DNA of 64,000 bases. It comes from Lama glama (Eukaryota). The DNA lies in the NCBI GenBank assembly GCA_028534125.1, contig CM052817.1, forward strand, positions 42,286,001 to 42,350,000, in the 5' to 3' direction. Under the pieces are notes generated by a model. The model had not been told where the DNA came from, did not search any database, and saw nothing but the letters and a program-made list of their open reading frames with translations. This document shows positions 12,959 through 25,409 of the stretch, one piece after another (position 1 is the stretch's first letter; the number at the start of each line of letters is the position of its first letter). The translations under genes and the position numbers were made by a program.

Positions 12959-14479
12959 ATGCTACCAATTATAGTGCTGATTTAGGAAAGAAAATGGTAA
13001 TGGTTTTGAGAGTAGCAAGTTTTGATAGAAGATCTGGAAACAGAAATTAAATAGCACTGTGTTATTTTAAAAATTATCTGAATAGAGACTGATGAAAATT
13101 CTAGCAAAAAAGAGTGCACCTTTACTAAATAATTAGGTAATTTGTAATACTTGTTTAAGAGTGATGATTGAAACAACTGAACTCCTTTAAAGTGTAGCAT
13201 CATGATACTGGCAATGAGGTTATTCCCTCCATTTAGAATTATGAATAATATCTCAGTATTAGAATATGTGACCTGTAATCAGGGTTGTACATATAATCCT
13301 GATAAATTCCCTTCTCTTACAACTTTAGAATGGGATCATAGTTCTTCGTGATTTTTTGGGGTCGGGGAGGCATATATAGGTCCTACTGGAAGTTAAGTCA
13401 TCTCCTGAGAGTATATTAACTCAAGTGTCACTCTAGACAACAACAGAAATGCACCACATATTAATGTAGTGAATGTGAAACAGCAAATGCTCCTTCCAAA
13501 AACAAGGAGCCAAGTACACACAAGTGAGCAGAGCAGCCTCATTTTATGTTCACCTTAGATCTCCAAGTTCTTTGATTAATCGTAAACATCTTAAAACTTC
13601 TTCACATTACAATTTCTGCAGCCAAGGGAAATTAAGACTTTCTTCCCACTTTACACCACGTACCTTAGGCACATAAGCGTAAATGTCAGTGTGCTGTCTT
13701 GCTCTTTGGTTCCCACCTTGCCTCCTCATATTCATGTTTAGCCCAGCCTTCGCCTAACTTAATGCTCCTTCTGGCATTTCCCCCAGTTTTAGGTCACCTT
13801 TTTTCCAGTCCAGCTGGCCTTTAAGATTTTCTTTTCATGTCCACTATTTCTGGACAGTGTACCCCAAATTCCCTGTCACTACTTCATTTGCACTTTTGTG
13901 GACCATGATGTGCCACCACACGTTATGCATAATTTCAGGAATGTTGCTTCTAGTTGAGCAAATTATGTCCCGCGTGAAGGTGGAAAGCAAGGGAGTATTG
14001 GGAATTGTCATTGAAATGCAGCCCACTCTGTGCTGCCAAGCTGGGTCTGCCTCGGGGAGAGAAAGGGCATTTGTTCTAGTGGGTCAAGGTATGGTGACTT
14101 TTTAAAAAAGGAACATACAGTTTGTAAACTCTCCACACTGGTAGAGGGCATGCATTTTAATTTCAGGATCATGTTCCATACCTGTCTATTCTTACTTAGC
14201 AATGGCCAGCACTGTTTAGTTGCTTTCTTAATAGGCTGCCCAGAGTCAGTCCTCCAAAAGCATCCAGGATCTCACTTCGATGACTGGTGGGTCTCCTTCA
14301 TGGAAGAACCGCTGGATACATAGATATTTCTTTGATTGGAACTTGACTAATGAGGGTTTTTGGTTGGTTTTTTTTTTTTTTTGGCTCCAGTCTCTAGTTT
14401 GAAGTTTTCTTTAAAATGATTCTTTGCATCAGACTACTTGCCATTTCATCTCTGTTAGACAGAAACAGTGGTAGGAACA

Positions 14480-14665
14480 CATGGCATTTGCTCGTGTTCA
14501 TCTTGTGTCAGGCCTTGAACTTCAGGGGCGTGTCTACAGGTCTCCCAGTGACTCCATGAGGCCATGCTGTTGTCCACATTTTATAAATGAGGACAATAAA
14601 GTGGAAAAGATAGGTTGCTCCCAGTCAAATGACTCTCAAATGGTAGATCTGGTTTTGAAAGATGA
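14480..14665 (-). mobile_element. MIR SINE fragment
   Basis: CCATGAGG...TGTCCACATTTTATAAATGAGGACA matches the reverse-complement MIR core. Confidence 0.55.
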
Positions 14666-14889
14666 AGAAAGTTTACATGCTTGACCTATCCTTTCATCTT
14701 ATGCAAAAGCATTAACAGTCATTTACTAATATTCTTGTCACAGAAATTCTGCTCTACAGGTTTTTTCATACAGTTTCCCTGTGCCACAGTTTTTATCTGA
14801 GAGAAAGCTCAAAACAGTAACAACTATTTAATTTCTTCCAGTAATTTGATTCAATGATAAGATTATAATTTAGAAAAAGTAACTTCAGT

Positions 14890-14911
14890 TGTGTGTGTGT
14901 GTGTGTGTGTG
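14890..14911. repeat. (TG)n microsatellite
   Basis: Seen directly. Confidence 0.95.
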
Positions 14912-15903
14912 CAGTAAGTTGGGGTAAAATACATAAGTAACTAAGATAATAAGTTTTCTTTGAACTTTTTGTTATTACAAAACAAATACATACTCATTAA
15001 AGAAAAATTGTATAAGTTTCAGGACAAAGAAGAAGAGTGTCTTCTCATGTCATGTCACACAAACCAAAACTATCAAAGAATTACCTCAAAATTTTTCTGA
15101 ACTTGTGTTTTAATTAGAGTTGAAATCATACTATAGAAAAACTAATTTCTACCCTGCTTTAAAATTATATCATTCTTGGTTTTTTTTACATTGTTATGTA
15201 ATTTTCATGATAACAGTCACATAACATTTTATTTTAATTAGTGTAGAAATCCCCTATGATTGGCTATTTCATAGTTTTTCATGGTGGGAAGGCTACCATT
15301 ATAACTGATGTAGCAATGATTACTTTTATTCAAAGCTGGGTATTTTTAAGGAGGAAATAAATAAGTAAATAATTAAGTTCATCTATTTAGTTAGATAACA
15401 AATAAATAGCATATTTTGGTATATTAATAGACAAATGATAATTTCAGGTAGCAGGAGCTATAAAGAAAACAAAATGAGGTAAGAATTAGAGAATGGGTGC
15501 AAAGAGTCTACAGATACTCTGATACACGTGCATTTGTGAATGCATTCAGACAGTTGCAGGAATTAGATTATCCTCATTCAGTGTTATTTCTAAGGATATA
15601 TCACTTGTCTAAACACTATCTAAATTAATACATGTGTGGCAAATAAAGCAAATTAAATATGTTCGTCTGCTAAAGAATATCTATTGTTGATCTGGGAACA
15701 AGCAGTGAGCTCTCACAGTCGCAGCTTTAACCTTGCCAATCACAGACTTCCTGTAAGTGCACTGCAGTTATTTGGAACCTTTTCTGGGTTGGCGTTGGCA
15801 TTCTTTTGCTAGATTACATTTATGCATCAGTACCATCTGTGCCTGCTGTACCTTCTGTGAGTGAGCCCTGGCCAAATGACTGGCATTTATCTGAAAGTGG
15901 GGG

Positions 15904-15938
15904 GAGAGAGTGAGAGAGAGAGAGAGAGAGAAAGAGAG
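15904..15938. repeat. (GA)n microsatellite
   Basis: Seen directly. Confidence 0.9.
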
Positions 15939-17236
15939 GGCTCCTAGAACATGTATTTCACTCACTGTTGACACAAGTGCAGTTTAAGAAAGAATGAAAT
16001 ATTTGCAGCTGGTGCCCCTGACTTCAACCCTTACAAAGTTAACCCTATTCATTTGCTTTCTCTTAAAATGTATATGTATGTTATATATATTATATATATG
16101 ACATAGCTATTTACTTTTAGTCTGTGATGTGCAAAAGAAGTTAAAACCAAGCATTTACATAAGGAAATAAAACAAAGCACATTTGCAAAACTTTCAAGTT
16201 GAGAAAAATTATGTATGACTTGAGTATGTGTATAGACATGAATAGACATAATGTAAGTTTGGTTTTGTTGATTAGATTTAGTGGACTGCTTGAACTGGAC
16301 TCTATTTTGGTGAATGTGTTGAAATCGAGACTTAAGAGTATTCCAATCATATGCAGGAAAAGTATGGCTCTATATGGAACGTATAATCAGAATACTGATT
16401 TTATTCTGTAAAATCATTATGAGATTATATTATTTTAAACTGTGTGGTATTGCAAAATAGATCAGCAACTAAAACATACTCTAAAAATGTTCATGGAAAT
16501 AGATAAATAATTCTCTGATTATTAAAAATAAATGTAGAAGAGTCCCAGCTCATTTACACTATTTTCTGTTTTTATCTTGTACCTATTTTTAGTGGACTTG
16601 ACTGTCTGGTTTTCATACCTGTGGCAAATTAGAAGCAGTACAATAGACTTGGGCAGGGGGCTGCGAAGGATGGGTACATCATAGTTATGAGAGGTGAGGG
16701 TTGCAAGGAAGAGAATGAGAGAACTGACAGATACAAGACTGCAAAGAACAGCTTCATGTTCCCCAGAACGCCCTAAGGACACTGCTGGACTACATCCTGC
16801 TGTAATAATCAGTATTCACCCTTACAGAACTTTGTCTTGGGTATGAGACTATGTGCAGCCAACTCCGTTTAGGAAGATAGAAATGTATGTTATTGAAAAG
16901 AGTTTCATCCTAAATGGGAAGTGTATAAAGTTTCGGGACTTAAAGTCATTAATCCACACCATCCTTACACACTAGCTTGTATTGTGCAAGTACTACAAAT
17001 CAGAGGTCATTTCCTGTGGTCTCAAAAAGATTAGGTCTCACACAAATTCCCTTTGAAAATTTTATATTCCTTTTCATAATATTCTTCAGATTTAGTTTAT
17101 AATGTATTTAATTTCTGAACTTCTACCAGATTTAAGTTTCATATATTCCTATATTCCCATCCAGTAATATTTCATTATCTCTAACGGAATTTTAAAAGAT
17201 CTATACAGATATCCAAGATGCAGAATTTTATTAATG

Positions 17237-17480
17237 CTTTAGTGGTGATGATTATGGGTGTTGGAAGTGGACTCTCCTGTGTCCAGATCCTGTGGCTGCT
17301 GTTTATTTACAGTGAACTTCTGAGTAGATAATTTACCTTTTCCAGGCATCAGTTTCCTGATCTGTAGATTTGGGGTATTAATACCTGCCACGTAGGAGTG
17401 ATGATTAAATAACCCCAGTGCTTATAAAACCCTTGGAAAAGCACTTGATATATAAGGACTAAATTGTGTAATGGTTGGTC
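17237..17480 (+). mobile_element. MIR SINE, near full length
   Basis: TAGTGGTGATGA...CATCAGTTTCCTGATCTGTAGATTTGGGGTATTAATACCTGCCACGTAGG follows the MIR consensus core. Confidence 0.75.
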
Positions 17481-18462
17481 ACAATTATCATTGCTGTTGT
17501 TGTCAGAAAATTATTGGTTATATTTATGTGGAATATAGTTGGTTATGGTTCAAATTATGTTTTTAAATATGACTGTACCTGGCTTCTCTGCTTTCTGTTT
17601 TATGTATATTTAGCCATGAATCAGTTTGGAAAGGTCTTTGGAATCACAGTGGTATTACAGCATTAGCACTAGGAGAAAGAAAAGCCACAGAGTCGGCTCC
17701 TGTCCTAGGCACCGGGTCCTGTCTCAGTTGGAGAGGCTAGTGGTGGCAGCATTGTTAAGGACAGCTAATGAGAACTTTATTCTTTCCTCAACAACAGTTA
17801 GAATCTTTATGTTTTTGTCTTGGATGGCTGAGTCTGTGCGTCTGGTCCTATGTCCACCAGGCAGTAGGCAGTGGGGGAGAAGACCACTTCTGGAGCCGGA
17901 GTGACTGAGGGAACTGAACGGAGGCTGCGGGCAACCAGCAGAGCCATTGCCTCCCACTCTCAATTACCAGGATAATTGTTCCACTCCGAATTACTTATTC
18001 TCAACAGTTGCATATAGTCAAGACTTTGTTTGACTGTTAACATTCCATTGAGATTAGGATAGTATATATCTCAGTTAGAATTCTGAGTTAATTTTTGAAA
18101 TATCAAATATTTTCTTGGCTATATATCCTGCAAAAATACTTATTAAACGATACTTATTTTTACATGCCACCATTAGTTTTACTATATTAAAAGGAATTGA
18201 CTGTCATGACAGATAATTAGGATAAATATATTTACATATAGAAAGAGAATCACATACTAGTAATTTGTAATAAAGTCTGATATATCTTTAAAAATAAATT
18301 AATATACATTTTATTTAAATGTACCTTTCCTAAGATTCCTAACTTGGTTCTTACTGGTATATGGGAACTTTTTTATTTTTTATATCTTGAATTCATCTAT
18401 CACTGCAATCTATAAATTATGGTAGTATTTCAGTTGATTTTTAAATTCCTGAAATAATAACT

Positions 18463-18837
18463 CTTTATAGTGGTAAAACATGTATAACATAAGATTTACA
18501 GTTTTAACCATTTTTAAGTGTACAATTCAGTAGCATGAAGTGCATTGACATTGTCATACAGCCATCACCTCTGTTCCTCTCCAGAGCTTTTTCAAAACTC
18601 CATACTGAGATTCTGTGCCCATTAAACAATAACTTCCCCTTGTTCCCTCCCCCTATCCCCTGGTGAGCATTATTTATTTTTCTGTCTCTATGAGTTTGAT
18701 TATTCTAGGTGCCACATAAAAGTGGAATCACATAATACTTGTCTTTTTTTTGGTCAGTCTTATTTCACTTAGCATAATGTTTTTAAGGTTCTAGCCTGTG
18801 TCAAATGTCATTCTTTTTAAGCCTGAGTAATAATCCA

Positions 18838-18891
<54 letters not shown>

Positions 18892-19210
18892 CATTTATTT
18901 ATCCATTCATCTGTGAATGGACATTTGGGTTGTTTCCACCTTTTGTCTATTTTGAATAGTGCTGCTGTCAACACAGGTATACAAATATCTGTTTGAGTCA
19001 GTTCTTTTGGGCATATACTCAGAAGTGGGATTGCTGGATCATATGATAATTCTATCTTTCACTTTTTAAGGAACTACCATGCTATCTTCCATAGTGCACT
19101 TTTTATATATCCCTCGGTAATGCATGAGGATCCCAGTATCTCCACTTCTTTGCCAACACTTGCTATTTTCTGTTTGTTTGATGATATCTATCCTAAGAGG
19201 TGTGAAGTGG
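18463..19210 (-). mobile_element. Old LINE-1 (L1MA/L1MB-type) 3' end containing a (TG)25 tract at 18841-18890
   Basis: TTTAACCATTTTTAAGTGTACAATTCAGTAGCA...GAAGTGGGATTGCTGGATCATATG...GCCAACACTTG is a typical L1M 3' end in reverse orientation. Confidence 0.88.
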
Positions 19211-22200
19211 AATAAAGATAGATTTTGGGTTTTTTTTAGCTTCTACTTTTCCACTTACTTTTCCCATTTGTAAATAGATAGTGTGTACTTCCAACTGAAG
19301 CATTTTGCTTAGCATAGGAATACAAAGGTAAAAGAGTTATCTAGTAAGTTATGGTAACCTTATAGCAGCTTTTCCATATAAGAAACATAGTTGCACTTCT
19401 TAGTTCATTTAAAAATATCTAAAGACATGTTATGTTTAGCTGTCTCCACATTTGATGAAATAGATGTATTTTAAAAATAAAATAGTTACTTTCACATGAA
19501 AGTTTTTCCAGATCTTTATGAATTCTCATTTTCCTTTCTAAGCTTAAAGTCAGATCTCTTTGTTTGCTTCAATATGACAACAGTCTCACTCCTCTTAGCA
19601 ACTACATAGGCTAAAACAACCATCTGGATGGAAAGTTGACATGTGGCTTCTAAAATGATAAGGTTAGAATGACAACCTTCTTCCATGAAGTTAGACACAC
19701 TCCTATCTCATTGATAACATGGTTTGATCAACTTTTTTTTTAGTAGATATGATTGGGATTGCTATGTTTTGGTAACTTAAATGTTCTGGTTTGCTAAATC
19801 CTCTCAAAAACATGCACAAGAAAATATGAATCAAATGGATTATCAATTCTTAAAAAACGGATTCAAATTGTCATTTTAAAATACTGGTTGATTTATTCAA
19901 CACACGTCAATCACTGTTAATTCAGCAGACCCTTGGCAATCTTGCAAGTTCTCCAAAGCCATCATTTTGAATCAATTTTAGGTCCATAGTTCTCCCAAAG
20001 TAAAGAACATAGGCCATTGAAGAGACTGTTTCAGAACACACTGATTGGTGGTAAATAATTTGTAAGGTCATTTTATTAGGCAAAATTTGTCTTTTTCCCA
20101 TAAAAGGGAAATGCAACAAAAGAGAAATACTTTAAAAATTTCTCTGTCTAGAGAACAGCTGAATGGTGTTAACTTCTTCTTTGCCCAGTACCAACTAGTT
20201 CATGGACACCACCTCTGCAATAATGCAGTTAATGGATAGATGGATGTTATTACACTGATGGTACTGGCTGGTTGCTGCTAATTAATTCACTCACTGGCTG
20301 ATTTGTAAAGGTGTTGTTTTTAATATTGCTCAATAATAAATGACCCCAACTCACACCAAGAGGACTCTCTTGATATAATCCTTTCAAAATGTAGGAGTGA
20401 ATTTTGTAGAACCTGAATAATGAGATATCAGCTATGGAATTTTTAAGTCCTGAAAGTTAGTATGATTATAGCAAAGAGATTATATTTTTGTTAGTTCTGA
20501 GTCTCAATAACCTGCATGATTTGAAATTACTATAAAGTAGTATTTGTGCCTGGATTTCAGATTTGCTTTTTCTTATTCCCGTATGCTCTATTTTAAACAT
20601 ATGTTAAATTGTATATTTAAAGCTGGAAGTACCAAAAAAACCCACATAAAAATATGTTTTCTTCATTATCAAAGGCTTCAATGCCATCATCTTTTTTTTT
20701 TTTGAAAAAAAAAGAAGCAGTGAATATAATTTAAGTCTGTAAAATAGATTTTTAATAGCACCAAATAGAATGAACATCTGGCTTTCTTTTTGCAAGGTGC
20801 ATTAATGTTGTCAGAAGAGACTGAATAAAAATGCTGATACGATTGTCCAGGTTTGGGGTTTTCTGGTACAAGAATATTTTATTCATTCAGTCTTCTCTAA
20901 GTTCCAAAGATAGATGTTGACTCTGATGAAAAAATACAATGATATATATTTAGAATGACCAATCTTTCACATTTAAATCTAAAAATGCGCTGCTGCAGTT
21001 GGATTTTTCTCAGGGATGCCATTCAAACAACACATGACATTGTCATCTCACATAGCCTTTCTGTCTGTGATGATAGGGTGCCAGGTGAGAGTGTGACAGC
21101 TCGGCATGGCTTTTATTGTGGCGTTGTCCTGACGCAGGACTACCTGCACCTCTCTTTTGTTTCCGTCAAAGAGATATTTTCAAGTGGCAAGGTCTGGGAA
21201 TTGAATTTTCATTGCCATATTTTAACAGTCTGACAGAGACTGAATTTAAAGGAAGCAAGCTTTATGAACACCCGATTTTCTGCAAATGTGAAAGGCAGTG
21301 TCTTGCCTTTTCCTTTCACCTTCCTGACTCTGAAGAATGTTCTGCGTACCGGTCTTGCCATGGAATTAATAATTTTCTAATAATCTCTTACCAAAGGAAG
21401 AACAACTCCAATAATGCATTGTAGATTACGGACTTTCTTGTTCATCTTAAATAAGATGTAGTAACTGAAGTTGATTGTCAATTATAGTTTATTCTTTTCA
21501 AGAATATTTTTATTCTTTTTAAGTCCAAATCTTATTGATGAAGAGTTCAGTATTAACTAAATCTTAAACTTTCATTCACATTTGTCAGCAAATGTCATCA
21601 ATTTTAAGAGTTTTTTTAAAATACGTCTTTTGGGAAATCTGCATGAATTGTGCTATATTGTTTTCAAATGACTAATTACTAATAATGTTAGTAATCAGGA
21701 AATATAGGATAATTCCTCCTGGAGCATAACTTGGTCTCTAAAATTTTATCGACACACATAGAGGTAGTAAGTGGCATGCCACACATAATGTTGATTTCTT
21801 TGACAGGGATTTAAGAGGCATAAAGGAAAATAAACGCCCACAAAATCAGCTAATTAACTGGGCGCTGATCTAACGTTTCACTGCTTCATGACATGTTTAC
21901 GTGCGATTAGGTTACTCACGATGACCACTTCCTGCTTGTCAAACATGTGTTGCATTTAGATCTATGGATCATAACAGACTTAGCATACATACTGTTATCT
22001 CTGTCTTCTCTGTCGGTGGTTTCGGGCATGAAGCGGACCTCACTTCCTACCATCTGCTCTCTATTTAAAATTGACATCAAGTTCAGTTCCTCCCTGATGC
22101 CTACTTGCTTTCCAGCTCAGAACACTTCTGTCCTGCAGTTCAGCCATTTCCCTATCATGCCTAGCCCCTGGGCCGACACGTAGGAAACAAGACATCTATG

Positions 22201-25084
22201 GCTGCTTCAATATCCACGTCACAAAATAATCCAGGAGGACTTTTGCCATGGAACAGTCGCCTCTATTGCTGACTTACAAGTCAGTTAGTAAAAACTGAAG
22301 TGTAGTTTCATAGTTTTGAATTTGTATGTTTAGACAGGGGAACCATTGTCCTGTATTTTATAGCTTGCTAATCATTGTGCAGTTAGAGGGAACTTCCTCA
22401 GTATTCATATGACTGTTGATATCAATATCAATTATATGTTTCAGAGAGATATATTAGCTGCATAGATCAAATTTAACGTTTCAAACCCAGTAGTTATAAT
22501 TAATTCAGCAAATATTTTTAAGCACTTAAACTGTAGGATGAACACTGTCTCAGGTGTTTGCAAAATGGTAGTGAAAAAAACAATCATGAAGCTTACAGTC
22601 TAGGAAAGAAGATAAGAGTTTTAACAAATACTTAGGTATTTTGTTTAAAAAAATTGGAAGAATTATACTGCTGAACGAACTTTGCCATCATCTAGAGTCT
22701 ATATTTTTTGTAGTAGGAGCAGATGTTAGGATAAATATATTAATTGTGGTTTAGAAAATCATTTTGGCTTAGAATATCAGAATTTGTTTTTCTGAGCTAA
22801 CTGAAAATTGACTCTTTATATCCACATCTGTGTATCTATATATCTTCCTGTCTATTTATCTATATATCTATCACTATCTGTCTACCTATCCCTCCATCTA
22901 TCCATAAATCATCTATTTGCACTAACACTCCACCCAATATTTGACTTGTAGATGGACCTAAATTCCAGTTTCTGGTTCTAGGATTTATGTTGAATAAGTA
23001 CATGTAGACAATCAAATGGAGATTTAATCAAAGCCAATCACTTTTAGTTATTTGACTCTTAAATGTATGTGTCTTCAGCCTTTTTGAGTTATATGGAGGA
23101 AGAAGCAAACTGTCCTTTGTAAACAGAGGTAACTTATTACATATGAGTAGGTAATTTGTTCTCTCAAACACTGTCACAATCATGTTTTTTACTTATTTGA
23201 ATGTATCTATATGCTTATCTGTGTATAAATGTTTAAACTTTGAGATTTTATTCTTTCCATTTGAGGGAAATTAATTGTATCTCCAGATATGGTTTAATAT
23301 TACCACAATTATTTTAAGAGTCAGTCTTGTTAGTTGATAATGTTATTTAGGGTAGGAATGCCTGTATTGGTCAAGGAACAAAGTTCATGTTTAGTTTCTT
23401 TGCACACTATGAGCAAAGGATTCTCATTAAGTGCCATTGTATACTCACTGATAAGTGAAGTGACACCTGGGTCACAGTGGCATCTATCTTGGCATTATAA
23501 ATCCCCGTGGCTACATTTGAAAGGCGTGTTCAGACTTGCATCTGCATATAAAAGCAGGGATAGTCTTCATGCTGTCAACAGCCTAATTTTAGTATCCACG
23601 ATTTAAGGTGCTGCTTGAAGTTTTGTTCTCCTTGGTATAAATTTAGCAATAAATGTAATCATTTGGTTGCTGCTGTAGCAGTTTAAGATGTAGAAGTGTA
23701 ATGTGAAGAATTTTAATCCACATTACTTATGTGTTATATAAAAGTATATATCATTTTATATCATACATCTAAATACTAGTCTATAATAAATATTTGAAAT
23801 TAAATCCTGACTTTAGGGATTTGGATGCTTTATTAAATATAAATATGACTTCAGCAATTGTTTAAAATTGTTTTCCCAAATGTAATAAAAAAATACCTAA
23901 AGCATAAATTTGTTGTCCAAAAATTGAATACATACATACGTCTTCTATTAGGACTGAATGCCTGGAATGAGTTCACTAAATACTTGCTGTGCTGAAGGAA
24001 AACAGCATCATAGTAACTAATTTTCCAGCTAAAGCTTTAGGAAGATTTTTAATAAAAATTTTTAATTTACAATCTAGAAAGTAACCTATAATTTCCCTTC
24101 AAAGTGAAACTTTAAAAACTGTACATTTCTTTAAAGCTTTTAAATTGGTATTATCCATCAAGTATTAATTTTTAAAACTTAAAGTGGTTTTTAATATTTG
24201 TTTTTCTTTGAAAGATCCTGTTAAATGACTGTTCTTAGTCTCAGATTAGCTGGGAATTTAGCTGTCTGACAGATGACCCAAAGAGCTGTGGATATTTAAG
24301 TAGGGGCAGCTAATGAAAATTTGTATGAATCACATATAGGCTGAATTCATCAACACATTCTTAGTTATTAAATTTCAACCTGGAACAACATACACTGTTT
24401 TAGAGTCCCAAAAATGAGGATTTAACTCTTAAAACCTAAACATAGCTAGGGATAAATCATTGCATTCCTAGGATCATGTACATTAGCAAAATCTCCCAAT
24501 AAGTATTTTTCAGTGATAATGATACATAAGCATTCAAGATTTTTCTTTAAATGTGCCAAAAGCAGTTTGATAAGATAAACAAATTATCTCAGTGCCTAAT
24601 TTTCTAGGAAAAAATATATAAGTTGCATGTAAAATTTTTGCTCTGTGATGTTAACAACTGAGGTTAAAGTTTTAAGTCTAGAAATACTCAGGTGAAAATT
24701 ATCATTTTCATGCCACATTCTTCCACACTGAGTAAATTAATTTATTCTATTTTCCACCTGATTGAACAGTGGTGATATACTATACCTTTCATTTGGATTT
24801 GTCTAACATTTATCTTAATGCATCATTTAAATATGGACTGAGTTTTCATTTAGCCATTATTTGACATAATGGTTGGAGTTTGTGTACTTTATTCTGATAT
24901 TGTCTGTTGAGTGTGTGTGGGAGAGAGAGAGAATGTTAGTCTTAAAAACTTTGAAAAATAAATCATTTAATATCTTAGCTCAGTCTGCTTTGTAAAAGAG
25001 ATGAGAAGGGATCCAGGTGTTAACTTTGTATAACTAGTAACTTGGCCCTTAAAAGAGAATTTATGACAGTTGCTGCCTCAAGGC

Positions 25085-25300
25085 TTCAGATGGTCTCTGC
25101 TTCCTCTCTGCCCTCATCTCTCACTTTCTTCATTGCTTAGCCTGTTCCTGCTTTGCGATCTTACTTTTCTACAGATATGCCAAAGACATTTTCACCCCAG
25201 GGCCTTTGAACTTGTTATTTTCTCTACTAGAATTATTCTTCCCCATAGGAAGTTTCACTGACTTCCTTAGAATCTCTGCTCAAGTGCCACCTGAAAATCT
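25085..25300 (+). mobile_element. LINE-2 fragment
   Basis: CCCCAGGGCCTTTGAACTTGTTATTTTCTCTACTAGAAT...TCTGCTCAAGTGCCACCT is an L2 3' region signature. Confidence 0.65.
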
Positions 25301-25409
25301 CTATGATATTACAACTCCTCCAGCACTGGTCCCCAACACACATGCTCATATATACTGACATTCTGTACCCCCTTTCTGATTGAGAGTCACCCTTTTCTTT
25401 TGGCATAGA

